This document shows, piece by piece, positions 32,001 through 41,762 of a DNA stretch of 64,000 bases. This DNA is from Capsulimonadaceae bacterium (GTDB lineage: Bacteria; Armatimonadota; Armatimonadia; Armatimonadales; Capsulimonadaceae). The notes beneath the pieces were generated by a model. The model saw nothing but the letters and a program-made list of their open reading frames with translations. It had not been told where the DNA came from and did not search any database. The stretch's first letter is position 1, and every line of letters starts with the position of its first letter. The stretch lies in contig OZ244065.1 of assembly GCA_965215505.1 (NCBI GenBank), positions 5,760,001 to 5,824,000 of the forward strand, given 5' to 3'. A program made the position numbers and the translations under genes.

Positions 32001-32214
32001 CTTCCCGGAGGATCTCCAGCCCGTCCGCATCGGGGAACCGGAAGTCCAGCAGGACCGCATCAAACGCCTGCGACGTCAGACGCGCCAGCGCCTCCGCGCC
32101 CAGGCCGACCTCGGTGATCTCGACCCCCAGGTCCGAGGCCAGCAGGGCGCGGCGGGCCACGCGGCGGTCGAGTTCGTCGTCGTCCACGATCAGGATGTGC
32201 AGCGGTCGTTGCAT
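29077..32214 (-). CDS. Multidomain REC-PAS-GAF-GAF-SpoIIE(PP2C)-HATPase_c (RsbW-like) protein
   Basis: [55 protein letters not shown]. Confidence 0.9.
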   Translation of the reverse strand: MQRPLHILIVDDDELDRRVARRALLASDLGVEITEVGLGAEALARLTSQAFDAVLLDFRFPDADGLEILREARARGITIPIIMLTGYGDEMLAVEMIKAGAADYLPKSRLTPEALARALRNTVRVHRAEVEAAQAESERGRLMESLAAEQGQMEAVLTSMTDGLVVSDLDGGIMAMNPAALAMLGYETLEDVRRPGSGYADTLVLTTQDGRELGPEEWPLARALCGETFSNFEATVRRRDTGRTWTTSFSGTPARGRTGETILAVVTMHDITEIKKAQRRAAFLAEAGAVLASSLETEVTLKNVVRLTVARLVDWCAVNVLEPSGAVRLAATAHADPDEEERAAEMQRLYPLDPEARMGVGRVLRTGQPQLIAEVSGGVLEAVAEDGEHGRLLRSLGIRSYLCVPLWARGRVLGTLSFASSRSGRIYDAEDLVLAEELGQRVSAALDNARLFAEARQRAEREALINQIGQALRVTLDTAEILLIVTERVGQALKVSRCSCARLNTARDTMDVVPQQFTAPGVPALTFSYRLADCPADSVEAWIAGRPVVSNDYTQDQTSLDAGVRDLTRAFIACPVFLRGQFNGLFIVHQNEMRVWTPDEVDFLSAVADILALALENARLYAREHRVADMLQSAFLTDIPDRMPGLTLGANYSTGLDESRVGGDYYDAFRLPDGRVALVIADVSGKGLSAAVQTATVKYSLRAFATEAAAPGLVLTRLNRLLCSDSSGLGDHFVTLFYAVFDPANGRLAWTSAGHETMILKRAGGGSALLDANGPILGVADHTYEQALDFLQPGDALILYTDGLTEARGAGSREMLDLARVRDLVEAVPPEAGAGALAARLQEAAMQWTGGRTHDDMALMVARRMPSAEKEEAAQDTAADNLLPAMLAWRVGPGSPEGVAGAGGAEADAGERLFAFRFPCRADCAAEVRQAVRHWMPTLGFDQAATEDFQTAVTEAVTNAVRHGSPAGESDEFIITGHRTPDGALRIEVTDHGEGLDPAALPPAMPDPDALGGRGLPLMQHLADALEFRPTAEGHSVVLVKRRPG

Positions 32215-32234
32215 GGTGGCTCTTTCCCGGCGGC

Positions 32235-32666
32235 TCAAGGAAGCTCGTTCAGCATCCAGTACTTGTTCAGGGCGGCCATCGTCTCGGTGAAACTGCTCAG
32301 GGTGAGCGGCTTTAAGATGTAGCCGGCGACGTTGAAGTGGTAGGCGTCCACCTTGTCGCGCTCCTCGCCGGACGTGGTCAGCACGACGACTGGGATGGGG
32401 CGCAGGTCGCGGTCCGCGCGCAGCGCGCGCAGGAACTCGATGCCGTTCATCCTGGGCAGGTTCAGGTCCAGCAGGATGATCCGACGCTCGGCCGGACACG
32501 CCGGCGGATCGCCCCCCCGCCTGCGTAGCATCTCCAGCGCCTCGATGCCGTCGCCCGCGACGTACAGCGGGCTGAGGATACCGTTCTTTTTGAAGGCCCG
32601 CCGGACGTTCATCACGTCGAGTTCGTCGTTCTCAACCAGAAGGATGTTGAGCATCTGTTCCGACAT
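32235..32666 (-). CDS. Single-domain response regulator (Rcp1-like)
   Basis: ILLDLNLPRMNG, IPVVVLTTS, GYILKP. Confidence 0.92.
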   Translation of the reverse strand: MSEQMLNILLVENDELDVMNVRRAFKKNGILSPLYVAGDGIEALEMLRRRGGDPPACPAERRIILLDLNLPRMNGIEFLRALRADRDLRPIPVVVLTTSGEERDKVDAYHFNVAGYILKPLTLSSFTETMAALNKYWMLNELP

Positions 32667-33810
32667 GTCGCGCCTCCCTCCTGACGTCCGGCGCGGGGGC
32701 GTCCGGCCAGGTGAAACGGAACGTCGCGCCCTCGCCTCCGCCGGACGTGATGCCGACCGCCCCCCCCTGGGCCTCGACGATCTTCTTCACCAGGGCCAGC
32801 CCGACGCCCGTGTTCCCCCCCTTGCCCTGGGCGTCCAGTGTCTGGAAGATCGTCCAGATCCGGTCGTGGTACTCGGGCGCGATACCCGGCCCGTCGTCGG
32901 CGACCGAGAACTCGTGCCACCGCTCGCCGCGCCTGACGCCGACATGGATGCGGCCTTCCGCCTTGTCGTGGTGCTTGATGGCGTTGCTCAGGAGGTTCTG
33001 GAAGACCTGCTGCAACTGGAGGCGCTGCGTGTGGACGGTGGGCATGTCGTCGTCCAGCGTGATGCCGATGCCCGGCGGCGGCGCGAGCAGGTCGATCACC
33101 CCGGTCAGCAGCGCCTTGAGGTCCACGGTCTCGGGGATGACTTCGGCCCGCCCGACGCGCGAGTATTGCAGAATGCCCTCGATCATCGCCTCCATGCGGC
33201 CCACCCGGTCCCGGAGCAGGTCGAACTGGCCGGCCACCTCGGGCGTGATCGCCCCGGCCAGGTCTTCCTCGATCCAGCGCGACAGGTTCGCGATGCCGCG
33301 CAGGGGTGCCCGCAGGTCGTGCGAGGTGATGTAGGCGAACTGGTCAAGCTCCGCGTTGCGCCGCTCCAGGGTCCGGGTCATCACGTCAAGCTCCGCCACC
33401 CGGTGGAGGAGCGCCTCCTCGGCCAGTCGGCGCGCGGTGATGTCCTCGTGGGAGACGACGGCCCGCGCGGGTCCGCCGCCGGGGAAGCGGGTCACTCGCA
33501 GGCTGAACCAGCACCGACGCGTCGGCGAATGGCACGGGTACTCCAGCCCGAACGTCTCCGCCTCGCCCGCGAGGACCGCGCGGATGCCGGACGCCGCCCC
33601 GCCCGCGTCTTCCGACCACTCGCCCGTCGCCGCGTCGCAAACGCGCAGATAGTTCATCCCCTCACCGATCGCGCTCCCGCCCGGCGAGTTCGCCTCGGTG
33701 TAGGCCCGCCAAGCGGCGTTGACCGCGAGGATTTTGCCCTCGCAGTCCAGGATCGCGATGTGGGCGGCCAGGCCGTCCATCGCCGTATGCGCCTGCTGCT
33801 CGGAGGTCAT
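32632..33810 (-). CDS. PAS sensor histidine kinase
   Basis: SHDLRAPL H-box, NLLSNAIKH, DDGPGI, GVGLALVKK. Confidence 0.92.
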   Translation of the reverse strand: MTSEQQAHTAMDGLAAHIAILDCEGKILAVNAAWRAYTEANSPGGSAIGEGMNYLRVCDAATGEWSEDAGGAASGIRAVLAGEAETFGLEYPCHSPTRRCWFSLRVTRFPGGGPARAVVSHEDITARRLAEEALLHRVAELDVMTRTLERRNAELDQFAYITSHDLRAPLRGIANLSRWIEEDLAGAITPEVAGQFDLLRDRVGRMEAMIEGILQYSRVGRAEVIPETVDLKALLTGVIDLLAPPPGIGITLDDDMPTVHTQRLQLQQVFQNLLSNAIKHHDKAEGRIHVGVRRGERWHEFSVADDGPGIAPEYHDRIWTIFQTLDAQGKGGNTGVGLALVKKIVEAQGGAVGITSGGGEGATFRFTWPDAPAPDVRREARHVGTDAQHPSG

Positions 33811-35162
33811 AGCCTTGCCAGACAAACGCCCAGCAGGCCGAGGAACCGCTCGATCTCGTCCGGCGTCACGCTCAGGTTGGGCCGGGTGCGGATGCTGTCC
33901 GCGCCCGCGCCGAGCAGCAGCAGGTCGTGTTCCTGCAAGGCGATGTCGGTCAGCCGGCCCCGCATGGCGGGCTGGGCCAGCGTGAAGCCCTGATACAGCC
34001 CCAAGCCGCGCACGTTTCGGATGACGGACGGGAAGCGCCGCTGCAAGTCGCGCAGGCCGCCTGCGAGCTGCTCCCCACTCCGGGCGGCGGACTCGATCAG
34101 GCCCTCGTCCTCGACGACGCGCCACTCCTGGCAGAAGCGGACCATGTCGGCCAGGCCGCCGCCCCAGGTGCTGTCCAGGACGCCGATGTCGCCCAGCGGC
34201 TCGCGCATGAAGAGCGCGCCCAGGGCGAACTTCTTGCCGACGGCCACGGCCTCGGGCGGGTACGGCAGGTCGAACTGGTCAATGGCGAACAGGGTCCCGG
34301 TCGGCCCCGCCGAGGTCTGGACCTCGTCCACGCCCAGGCCGACGTCGTAGCGGTGGGCCAGCCGGGACAGGCCCCGGAACCACTCCGCCTGGGCGACCCT
34401 CTGGCCGCCCGCGCCCTGGATCGGCTCGACGATGATGCCGACGATCTCGTCCCCCCCGCGCGCCAGGATGCCCTCGATCATCTCCAGGCTCAGGCGGGTG
34501 CGGGCGTCATTCTCCCCTGGGGGCGCGTCGTTGTCCACGGCGGGGAAGGGCACCTTGATGTTGCCGGACGCGGCCAGCCCCTGGAAGTCCTGGGTCGCGA
34601 CCGGGTCCAGGGTCTGCGTGACCTGCAAGGCGTAGACGGTGCGCCCGTGGAACGCCTGGTCGAAGTAGAGGAAGCGGCGCGGGGACGATTCGCCGGCCGA
34701 CCCGCCGCGCCGCATCCGCCGGGCGTTGTGCCGCGAGAGCAAATACTTCAGCATGTTCTCGACGGCCTCGGCACCCGAGTTGACCGCGTACACCTCGCGC
34801 GTTGCCGTCCCGCACATGGTCTTGGGGGCCAGGCGGTACAGGAGGCGGTAGTAGTCCAGGCATTCGGCCGTCAGGAAATCAGGGTTGGCGACCTTGTTGT
34901 TGGCCGCGCGCGCCAGCCTTTGCAAATAGTCGGGTTCCTGGAGGCGCGGGTGGTTGTGTCCGATCAGCTTGGAGCCGTAGTACCCAGCCCAGTCGAAAAG
35001 CCGCTGCCCGTCCACGGTCGCGAGCGACATGCCCGCGCCGCCCGCAACGTCCAGGACGAACGGCCACGGGTGGTAGATGACGTAGCGCTGCATCTCGGCG
35101 ATCATCTCCCGGCTGCGCGGGCCGGGGTAGCGGGGGGCGGCCTCCGTGCTTTCTGTTTCCAT
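33807..35162 (-). CDS. Class III PLP aminotransferase (L-lysine 6-transaminase-like)
   Basis: NSGAEAVEN, AFHGRT, EPIQGAGG, DEVQT, STWGG. Confidence 0.85.
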   Translation of the reverse strand: METESTEAAPRYPGPRSREMIAEMQRYVIYHPWPFVLDVAGGAGMSLATVDGQRLFDWAGYYGSKLIGHNHPRLQEPDYLQRLARAANNKVANPDFLTAECLDYYRLLYRLAPKTMCGTATREVYAVNSGAEAVENMLKYLLSRHNARRMRRGGSAGESSPRRFLYFDQAFHGRTVYALQVTQTLDPVATQDFQGLAASGNIKVPFPAVDNDAPPGENDARTRLSLEMIEGILARGGDEIVGIIVEPIQGAGGQRVAQAEWFRGLSRLAHRYDVGLGVDEVQTSAGPTGTLFAIDQFDLPYPPEAVAVGKKFALGALFMREPLGDIGVLDSTWGGGLADMVRFCQEWRVVEDEGLIESAARSGEQLAGGLRDLQRRFPSVIRNVRGLGLYQGFTLAQPAMRGRLTDIALQEHDLLLLGAGADSIRTRPNLSVTPDEIERFLGLLGVCLARL

Positions 35163-35241
35163 GTCTCTATTATGCCACATTTTCACCCTCTAGGCGGACA
35201 TGCGGCCTGCCGATACTGTTACCCATGAGGACACTCAAACC

Positions 35242-36108
35242 ATGAGGACATTCGGCATGAAGCGCAGGACGGACGGGGGAGGGGATGCGGCCCTGGCCGG
35301 GCGGCTGATCATCGTCACCGGGGCGTCCAGCGGGATCGGCTACGGCACCGCCCGGCGGCTGGCCCAGATTGAGGGCGCGCGCGTGGTCGCCGTGGCCCGC
35401 CGCCGCGTCTTCCGCATCGAGGCGCTGGCGACCCAGGTGCGCGAGCAGACCGGCGAGGAGCGCATCTTCCCGCTGACGACGGACATGGCGGACCGGGCGC
35501 AGGCCGAGGCCGTCATACATCAGGTGGAAGAGAAGTTCGGGCGCATTGACGGCTTCATCCACGCCGTCAACCGCGCCCTGAAGCTCGGCGCGCTGGACGT
35601 GAGCGACCACGAGTTCGACCTGACGATGCAGGTGAACGTCAAGAGCGCCCTGTACGGCGTCCAGGCCGTCGCCCCCGCCCTGCGCCGCCTGGGCGCGGGC
35701 GGGATCGTCATCTACAACCCGACGCCGCGCGAGACGGCGGAGTTCGTCGCCTCCGAGGCCGTCTACACCGCCGCCGCACACGCCCTTTCGGCCCTGACCG
35801 CAGGCTGGACGCGCCAGCTCGAAGGGTCCGGCGTCGGCGTCCGCGAGGTCACCCCGGCTCCGGACGGCGACGGAGCGGAGGCTGTCCCCGGCCGGTGTGG
35901 CGCGTCCCACGATGCCCTGCTGACGGCGGCCCTGCGCGAGACGCTCGCTCTGCCGGCAGCCACCCCGGCGGCTCCCCCTCGTCCCTCACTGTTCCAGTTC
36001 CGCCAGCCGCAGGAGAGCCGTCCGCCGCAGGAGAGTCGCCCCGCGCCGGAGGCCCGTCAGCCACAGGTCCTGCGCTCCCACGGCGGGTTGGTACTGACGG
36101 AATTTTAG
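35242..36108 (+). CDS. Atypical SDR family protein
   Basis: TGASSGIG intact; YTAAA where YxxxK is expected; Pro/Gln-rich tail; start uncertain. Confidence 0.75.
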   Translation: MRTFGMKRRTDGGGDAALAGRLIIVTGASSGIGYGTARRLAQIEGARVVAVARRRVFRIEALATQVREQTGEERIFPLTTDMADRAQAEAVIHQVEEKFGRIDGFIHAVNRALKLGALDVSDHEFDLTMQVNVKSALYGVQAVAPALRRLGAGGIVIYNPTPRETAEFVASEAVYTAAAHALSALTAGWTRQLEGSGVGVREVTPAPDGDGAEAVPGRCGASHDALLTAALRETLALPAATPAAPPRPSLFQFRQPQESRPPQESRPAPEARQPQVLRSHGGLVLTEF

Positions 36109-36202
36109 CCGCCAGTACTTAAGGCAAAGAAGCGCGAACATTTCGCGGACTATTTACGTCTACTCCCTAACGGGGCGATTACGCCCCATACAGGAGAAAC
36201 CG

Positions 36203-36580
36203 ATGAAGTCACTACCGATCACACTGGCCGCCCTCACCCTCGGCCTGGCCGCCGCATCCGTGGCCCCCTCCTTCGCGCAGGCCGCGCCCGGCGCACACGG
36301 GCCAAAGGCACCCGGCATGAGGATGCAGAAGATGGCAGACGCCCTCGGGCTGTCCGACGCCCAGAAGGCGCAGATGAAGCCGATCCTCATGGGCGCCGCG
36401 CAGCAGCGGAAGGCGCTCATGGCAAACACGGCGCTGACGCCCCAGGCCAAGATGGACAAGATGAAGGAGATCGGCAAGAACGCCAACAAGCAGATGATGG
36501 CGGTCCTGACCCCCGCCCAGCGCGAGAAGCTGAAGGCGATGCGCCAGCAGCAGCGCGCCGCGAAAGCCCCCAAGGCCTGA
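36203..36580 (+). CDS. Spy/CpxP-like (LTXXQ) periplasmic protein
   Basis: Signal peptide, LGLSDAQK, VLTPAQ; AGGAG RBS. Confidence 0.8.
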   Translation: MKSLPITLAALTLGLAAASVAPSFAQAAPGAHGPKAPGMRMQKMADALGLSDAQKAQMKPILMGAAQQRKALMANTALTPQAKMDKMKEIGKNANKQMMAVLTPAQREKLKAMRQQQRAAKAPKA

Positions 36581-36604
36581 GCCTTCTCTTGTTCCGCGTG
36601 ACAT

Positions 36605-36648
36605 CAGAACGCCCCTCCCTGCCCTCAACGGCAAGGCGGGGCGTTCTG
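36605..36648. terminator. Hairpin between convergent genes
   Basis: CAGAACGCCCC...GGGGCGTTCTG. Confidence 0.6.
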
Positions 36649-36649
36649 T

Positions 36650-37423
36650 CTATTGGTAGTCCGGGTGGATGTCGTCCAGCGCGGGGAACTCGCGGCGGTA
36701 GGACAGCAGCGCCTCCCGGTCCAGACGCGCCGACAGGGTTCCCTCGCCCGCACCGCCGTCTGCAAGCGCCTCGCCGCGCGGGCCGAAGATCAGGCTCCGG
36801 CCGGGATAGCGCAGGCTCGGGTCGTCCCCGCAGCGGTTGACGCCGACCACATACGCCTGGTTCTCGATGGCGCGCGCCTTGAGCAGCGTCACCCAGTGGT
36901 CCACGCGCGGCTGGGGCCAGTTGGCGATGACGCAAAAGACCTCGGCCCCGAGCCGGGCCGCCCGCCGGAAAACTTCCGGGAACCGCAGGTCGTAACAGAT
37001 GAACGGCGCGACACTGAAACCCTGCCACTGGAAGACGACGACTTCGGAGCCGCGCCCGTAGTGCTGCGTCTCCCGGCCGTAGGAAAAGGGGTGCATCTTG
37101 GTGTAGCGCGCGGCCTCCTCCCCGTCCGTCCCGAAGAAGACCGCCTCGTTCCGGCCCATCCCGTCCGCGCCGGTCGTCACGACGCCCCCCAGCAGGCCGA
37201 TCCGATACTCCTGGGCCAGCGCGGACAGGAGCGCCTCGGTCTCGGCGTCGGACGTTTCCGACACCTCAGCGACGTCCATGCTGAAGCCGGTCGCCCACAT
37301 CTCCGGCAGGACGACCAGCGTCCCCGGCGCGGGCGGGGCGGCGGCCAGTATCCCCGCCAGCTTCGCATGGTTGGCTTCTTTGTTTTCCCAAACCGTGTCC
37401 GACTGCACCCCGAGGACGTCCAT
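36650..37423 (-). CDS. Nitrilase-family carbon-nitrogen hydrolase (omega-amidase-like)
   Basis: LPEMW, YTKMH, ICYDLRFPE, RAIENQ. Confidence 0.9.
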   Translation of the reverse strand: MDVLGVQSDTVWENKEANHAKLAGILAAAPPAPGTLVVLPEMWATGFSMDVAEVSETSDAETEALLSALAQEYRIGLLGGVVTTGADGMGRNEAVFFGTDGEEAARYTKMHPFSYGRETQHYGRGSEVVVFQWQGFSVAPFICYDLRFPEVFRRAARLGAEVFCVIANWPQPRVDHWVTLLKARAIENQAYVVGVNRCGDDPSLRYPGRSLIFGPRGEALADGGAGEGTLSARLDREALLSYRREFPALDDIHPDYQ

Positions 37424-37424
37424 C

Positions 37425-38603
37425 TCAGCCTCCTCCCAAAATCGCCTGCAAGCCGCCGACGAGCCGCCCCACGCCTTCCGCAGCCTTCGCCTGTGGCAAG
37501 CCGCCGTAGGAGACGCGTAGGCAGCAGGCGTCTGACGGCCCGAAGTCCGTCCCCGGCATGACGGCGACGCCGTGTTCCCGGATCAGGCGCTCCACGACGG
37601 CCGTCGGGTGCCGGTCCGTATGCAGCCGCAGGAACAGGTAGATCGCCCCCTGGGACGGCGACACGTCGCACCGTCCGCCCAAGCCTTCCAGTTCCCCCAG
37701 CATGATCTCGCGGGTGCGGGCGAATTCGGCGATTCGCGGCGCGCGGAACGCCGCACCCGCCTCCAATGCCCCCAATGCGGCGAACTGCGAGACGACCGGC
37801 GGGCAGATCACGTTCGTCTCCTGCGCCTTCTTCACCGCCTCGTTCAGATGGGCGGGGATCACCAGGGACCCGATGCGCCAGCTCGCGAAGCCATAGGTCT
37901 TGGACAGCGTGTGCAGCGTGATCGTGTGCCCCTCGCTGCCGGGGATGCTGCCCGGCGAGAAGTGGCGCGCGCCGCCGTACACGAAATGCTCATACGCCTC
38001 GTCGCTGAGGTGGTAGATGCCCCGCGCCCGGCAGAGTGCATTCACGGCACCCAGCGACTCCTCGGAGAAGACGACGCCGGTCGGGTTGTTCGGCGAAACC
38101 GTCAGGATCGCCCGCGTGCGCGGCGTGATGGCCGCCTCCAATGCGTCAAGCCGCAGGCGGTACTCACCGTCCGTCGGGACAAGCACCGGCCGGCAGTCCG
38201 CCATCGTCACCGCCATCTCGTGGTTGAAGTAGTAGGGCGTCGGCAGGATGACCTCATCGCCCGGATCGGCGACGGCCAGCACGGCGTTCAGAAACCCCAT
38301 GTTGCTGCCCGCCGTGACCACGACGCGGCTGCCCGGCCCGATCTGTATGCCGTTCTCGGCCTCCAGCTTCGCCCGGAAGGCGTCTATAAGCGGGGGGATG
38401 CCCGACTCGGACTTGTACTTGTGGTTCTCGGGGTCGTCAAAGAACCGCCCTACCCAGTCCCGCGCCTCGGGCGGCGGCGCGTAGTGTACCACCCCCTGCC
38501 CCAGCGAGATCGTGCCGGGGTGTTCCCGGACGAGGGCGTTGACGGTGGGGATGTGTGACGGCGTCACCGCCTGCATCCGGCGGCTCTCTCGGAATCCATT
38601 CAT
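37425..38603 (-). CDS. Class I/II PLP aminotransferase
   Basis: SPNNPTG, SDEAY, SKTYGFASWRIG. Confidence 0.92.
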   Translation of the reverse strand: MNGFRESRRMQAVTPSHIPTVNALVREHPGTISLGQGVVHYAPPPEARDWVGRFFDDPENHKYKSESGIPPLIDAFRAKLEAENGIQIGPGSRVVVTAGSNMGFLNAVLAVADPGDEVILPTPYYFNHEMAVTMADCRPVLVPTDGEYRLRLDALEAAITPRTRAILTVSPNNPTGVVFSEESLGAVNALCRARGIYHLSDEAYEHFVYGGARHFSPGSIPGSEGHTITLHTLSKTYGFASWRIGSLVIPAHLNEAVKKAQETNVICPPVVSQFAALGALEAGAAFRAPRIAEFARTREIMLGELEGLGGRCDVSPSQGAIYLFLRLHTDRHPTAVVERLIREHGVAVMPGTDFGPSDACCLRVSYGGLPQAKAAEGVGRLVGGLQAILGGG

Positions 38604-38615
38604 GTCCTGCCCTGC

Positions 38616-39164
38616 CTACCTGTTAGTCCAATCCACTGCGCCGTTCTGCTGGGACTGGATGCTCTTGTTTAGCTTGTATTGGAGATAGGCGGTGCCGAAC
38701 AGCCAGGTCCAGAGGCCGCTGAACCAGCGGCCGTCGCCCTTCTGTGCCCGCAGCAGGAGGTTGAAGCCGTTCCGTACCTGAAACGTGAGGAGCAGAGCCA
38801 TGATGCCGAATATCCTGTCCAGGCCGTTGGTCGCCGTCTCAAGGCCGGGGGCGCTGTCAATCATGCTCGCGACGTCCAGGCCCGCGCTGACGAACGCGAC
38901 CGCCAGGACGATGTTACCGTAGAGCATCACGACCTTCAGATCGGGCCGGACTATGTTCAGCGTCTGGTTCTGCCTCCTCAGCCAAAAGATCGCATAGATG
39001 CCGAGCGTGATGAGCGTCAGGAACAGGATCAGCCAGACGCTCTGCACGCGAAAATTGTTCAGAGCCGCGAAAGGTGAGGCCTCCGCCTCCGGGTACGGGG
39101 AGTTCATCGGCGGCGGCGGCCAGACGGCCGGTGCGGGTTGGAAATTGTTAGGGTCTTGATCCAT
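38616..39164 (-). CDS. DUF4234-like membrane protein
   Basis: LTLITLGIYAIFW, YLQYKLN. Confidence 0.7.
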   Translation of the reverse strand: MDQDPNNFQPAPAVWPPPPMNSPYPEAEASPFAALNNFRVQSVWLILFLTLITLGIYAIFWLRRQNQTLNIVRPDLKVVMLYGNIVLAVAFVSAGLDVASMIDSAPGLETATNGLDRIFGIMALLLTFQVRNGFNLLLRAQKGDGRWFSGLWTWLFGTAYLQYKLNKSIQSQQNGAVDWTNR

Positions 39165-39281
39165 GATGTCTCACTCTCTTTCCATCTGTGTCCGTTCCTC
39201 GAATGGCCAGGTCGGCAGTGGTTCGCGGGCGGCAGTCCAGGTGCGGTGAATGCAGCCGTATCATACACGGACTCCCGCGCA

Positions 39282-40796
39282 TCAGACCTTACCTCTGACT
39301 CTCCATTCGCGCACCAGAGCCTCCAAATCAGCATCAGGGTTAATCCGAAGTGCTTTTTCCAGCCGCGCCAATTGCGCCGATGTTGGTCTGATGAAGCTGC
39401 GATTGTACCCGGAGGACCAGCCGCGAAGCTGCTCGGTGGCCTGCTCTTGGATCAAAGCATCATCGTCTACAGCAGCCTCTACTAAGAACGGGATACCCTC
39501 CCATTTCGGCAGAGAAGCCAAAAGCGTAAGAATACCCCGCCGGGCATGGGGCTGGGCTTGAGTCCCAAACAGCCGCCAAAGCAGGCCATCTGCCAAAAGG
39601 CCCAGGCGGGGTCGGAGCGCCATACAAGCTTCACGCGTCACACTCGGTCGCTCGTCCGCCAGCAGGGACAAAATTACCTCGATCCGGTTGTCGCCATCCA
39701 GCCTGCTCACCGCCCGGACCGCCGCCCGCCGCACCTTCGCCGCCGGATGAGGAAGATAAGGCAGGATCAAACCGACATCCAGGGGTGTACCAGTTTCCCC
39801 CAAACCGCTGATCGCCGTGCTGAGTTCCGACGGTTGTACCGAGGTAGTCAACGTCTGCCGGTATAAGGCCGGGATGTCAAAGCGGCCCGAATTTTGCAGA
39901 TGGAAGCGCGCGATCCCGCGCATGGCGGCATTGGCATCAAGCAGGGCCGCCCTGAGTTCCGCCGGGGCGAGTTCAGGCAGACGTTCGAGGCAGGCATACA
40001 GCGCCTCACGGCGCACCGGCAGGGAAGCATCCTGCTTCATCAGTGGCAGCAACGCACGGAGCGTGTCATCGGGCAGCTTGACGCGGACGCAGTGGGCAGC
40101 ACTATGACGGATGACGGGGTCTGAATCAGCCAGCATCCGCATCACGCCTTCGGAAAGGCGGACGTCATCGGCCTCCCTCAGAACGCGGAAACACAGACGC
40201 CGGACCTGTTTCTGGGGCGCAGCCATGCCCTGCCGCAGGGCGGCATCGCATTCCGGCCGTTTCAGCAGAGCCGTGATCGCGGACAGCACCGGCTCATGTT
40301 CGTGTCGTTTCTGCCCCGCAAGATTGAACGCAAGCATGATGTTGCGGACAAACGCCTCCGCGTACCGGGGCGTCACCCGTTCCTGCACGGCCATCAGAGC
40401 GGTCTGGTACACAGGGGCTACCCAGTCGTTGAGGCGCAGGAGCAGGAAAGGCAGTTCCCGCCCGCCGGTGATCTGTGTCAACCGCCGCACCGCCAATTCG
40501 CGGATGTAGCCGCTCGGATGGAAGCTGACCAGGCCGACGAGTTCTGTAGGGCCCTCGGCTGTTCTCACAATCCTCTTCAGCTCATCGGGGCTGATCTTCG
40601 GCCACTGAGGCTCAGGCGGGCGGTATTGAGAGCCTTCACGCACTCTTTTGTCCAGGATGGCAAGTTCGGGCGGCGCAGCCTCTGCCATGTAGCGGATAAC
40701 CCGGTCCAAACTCTGAGGAACAGGAATGGTGAGCTGATGACCGTACCGCCTCCATGTCTCTTCTTCAGTCATAGTGACGACGCCCCGACCCGTCAT
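39282..40796 (-). CDS. HEAT-repeat protein
   Basis: GYIRELAV, LLLRLNDWV, repeated D....VR..A units; ATGA overlap with upstream gene. Confidence 0.8.
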   Translation of the reverse strand: MTGRGVVTMTEEETWRRYGHQLTIPVPQSLDRVIRYMAEAAPPELAILDKRVREGSQYRPPEPQWPKISPDELKRIVRTAEGPTELVGLVSFHPSGYIRELAVRRLTQITGGRELPFLLLRLNDWVAPVYQTALMAVQERVTPRYAEAFVRNIMLAFNLAGQKRHEHEPVLSAITALLKRPECDAALRQGMAAPQKQVRRLCFRVLREADDVRLSEGVMRMLADSDPVIRHSAAHCVRVKLPDDTLRALLPLMKQDASLPVRREALYACLERLPELAPAELRAALLDANAAMRGIARFHLQNSGRFDIPALYRQTLTTSVQPSELSTAISGLGETGTPLDVGLILPYLPHPAAKVRRAAVRAVSRLDGDNRIEVILSLLADERPSVTREACMALRPRLGLLADGLLWRLFGTQAQPHARRGILTLLASLPKWEGIPFLVEAAVDDDALIQEQATEQLRGWSSGYNRSFIRPTSAQLARLEKALRINPDADLEALVREWRVRGKV

Positions 40797-41719
40797 AGAC
40801 TCGTTTGCTCTTCGAATGGCCACGTCGGCAGCGGCTCGCGGGCGGCGATCCAGGCGTCGGGGATGCTGGCCGCGCCCGCCGACAGGGCGACGATGCCGCC
40901 GACCATGGCGCAGGTGGTGTCGCGGTCGCCCAGGCCGCTGACGGTCAGCCACAGGGCGTCCTCGTAGCTGCCGAGGTGCTGCCCGGCGCACCAGAGGACG
41001 AACGGCACGGTGTCCTGGGCGGAAACGCCGTCGCCATTGCCCAGGATGCGGGCGGCCTGGGAAACGCCGGTTCCGGGCGGAAGGTCGCGCGCCCGCTCGA
41101 TGCCGGTCCGCACATGGCTTTCCGGCACGAGTGTCAGGATGCCGCCCAAGAAGTCCGGCAGGGTGGGGCGGGGGCGCACGTCGCGCCACTGCCAGGCGAG
41201 GGCGGCACCGACGGCCACGGCGACCGCGCCGGCGGCGGCTTCGGGGTGGGCGTGGGTGACGATGGCCGAGTCGAACGCCTGCGACGCGGCCGTTTCCAGG
41301 TCGTCGGCGAAGTACGCGCCGAGGGGCGCGACGCGCATGGCCGCGCCGTTGCCGAACGACCCCTGCCCGCCGAAGAGGCGGCGCGAGAGGGACACCCAGG
41401 AGCCGGGCAGCCACATCATGGGCACGATGTCGTGCATGGCGGGGCCGTAGCCGCGCTGCGGGTCGTAATGCTCGGAAAAGCTACGGGCGAGGCGGTCTTG
41501 GTCCATCTCGCCGGTCTGCCGCAGGACCGAGACGAGGGATAGGGCCATCTCGGTGTCGTCCGTGTAGAGCCAGGGGCCGGGCGGTGCGACGCGCTTCGGG
41601 GCCATCTCCTCGACCGACCAGGAGAAGAACCGCTCGCCGAAGGCATCACCGACCGACAAGCCTTCCAGGGAGAGGGCGGCGCGGGCCAGGCGCGCGTCTG
41701 GGGTGTCGGGGATGCTCAT
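40793..41719 (-). CDS. ADP-ribosylglycohydrolase family protein
   Basis: VGDAFG, YTDDTEM, GNGAAMR, GDRDTT. Confidence 0.93.
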   Translation of the reverse strand: MSIPDTPDARLARAALSLEGLSVGDAFGERFFSWSVEEMAPKRVAPPGPWLYTDDTEMALSLVSVLRQTGEMDQDRLARSFSEHYDPQRGYGPAMHDIVPMMWLPGSWVSLSRRLFGGQGSFGNGAAMRVAPLGAYFADDLETAASQAFDSAIVTHAHPEAAAGAVAVAVGAALAWQWRDVRPRPTLPDFLGGILTLVPESHVRTGIERARDLPPGTGVSQAARILGNGDGVSAQDTVPFVLWCAGQHLGSYEDALWLTVSGLGDRDTTCAMVGGIVALSAGAASIPDAWIAAREPLPTWPFEEQTSL

Positions 41720-41762
41720 GGTCAGTGTACTCCTTACGCCCGTTTCCTGCGTTCGCGAAGGT

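Noticed and set aside
35219-35240. Second SigB-like promoter (GTTT..GGGTAA, minus strand)
   Set aside because: Spacer is only 12 nt, too short; a leaderless sigma70-type -10 explains the gene better
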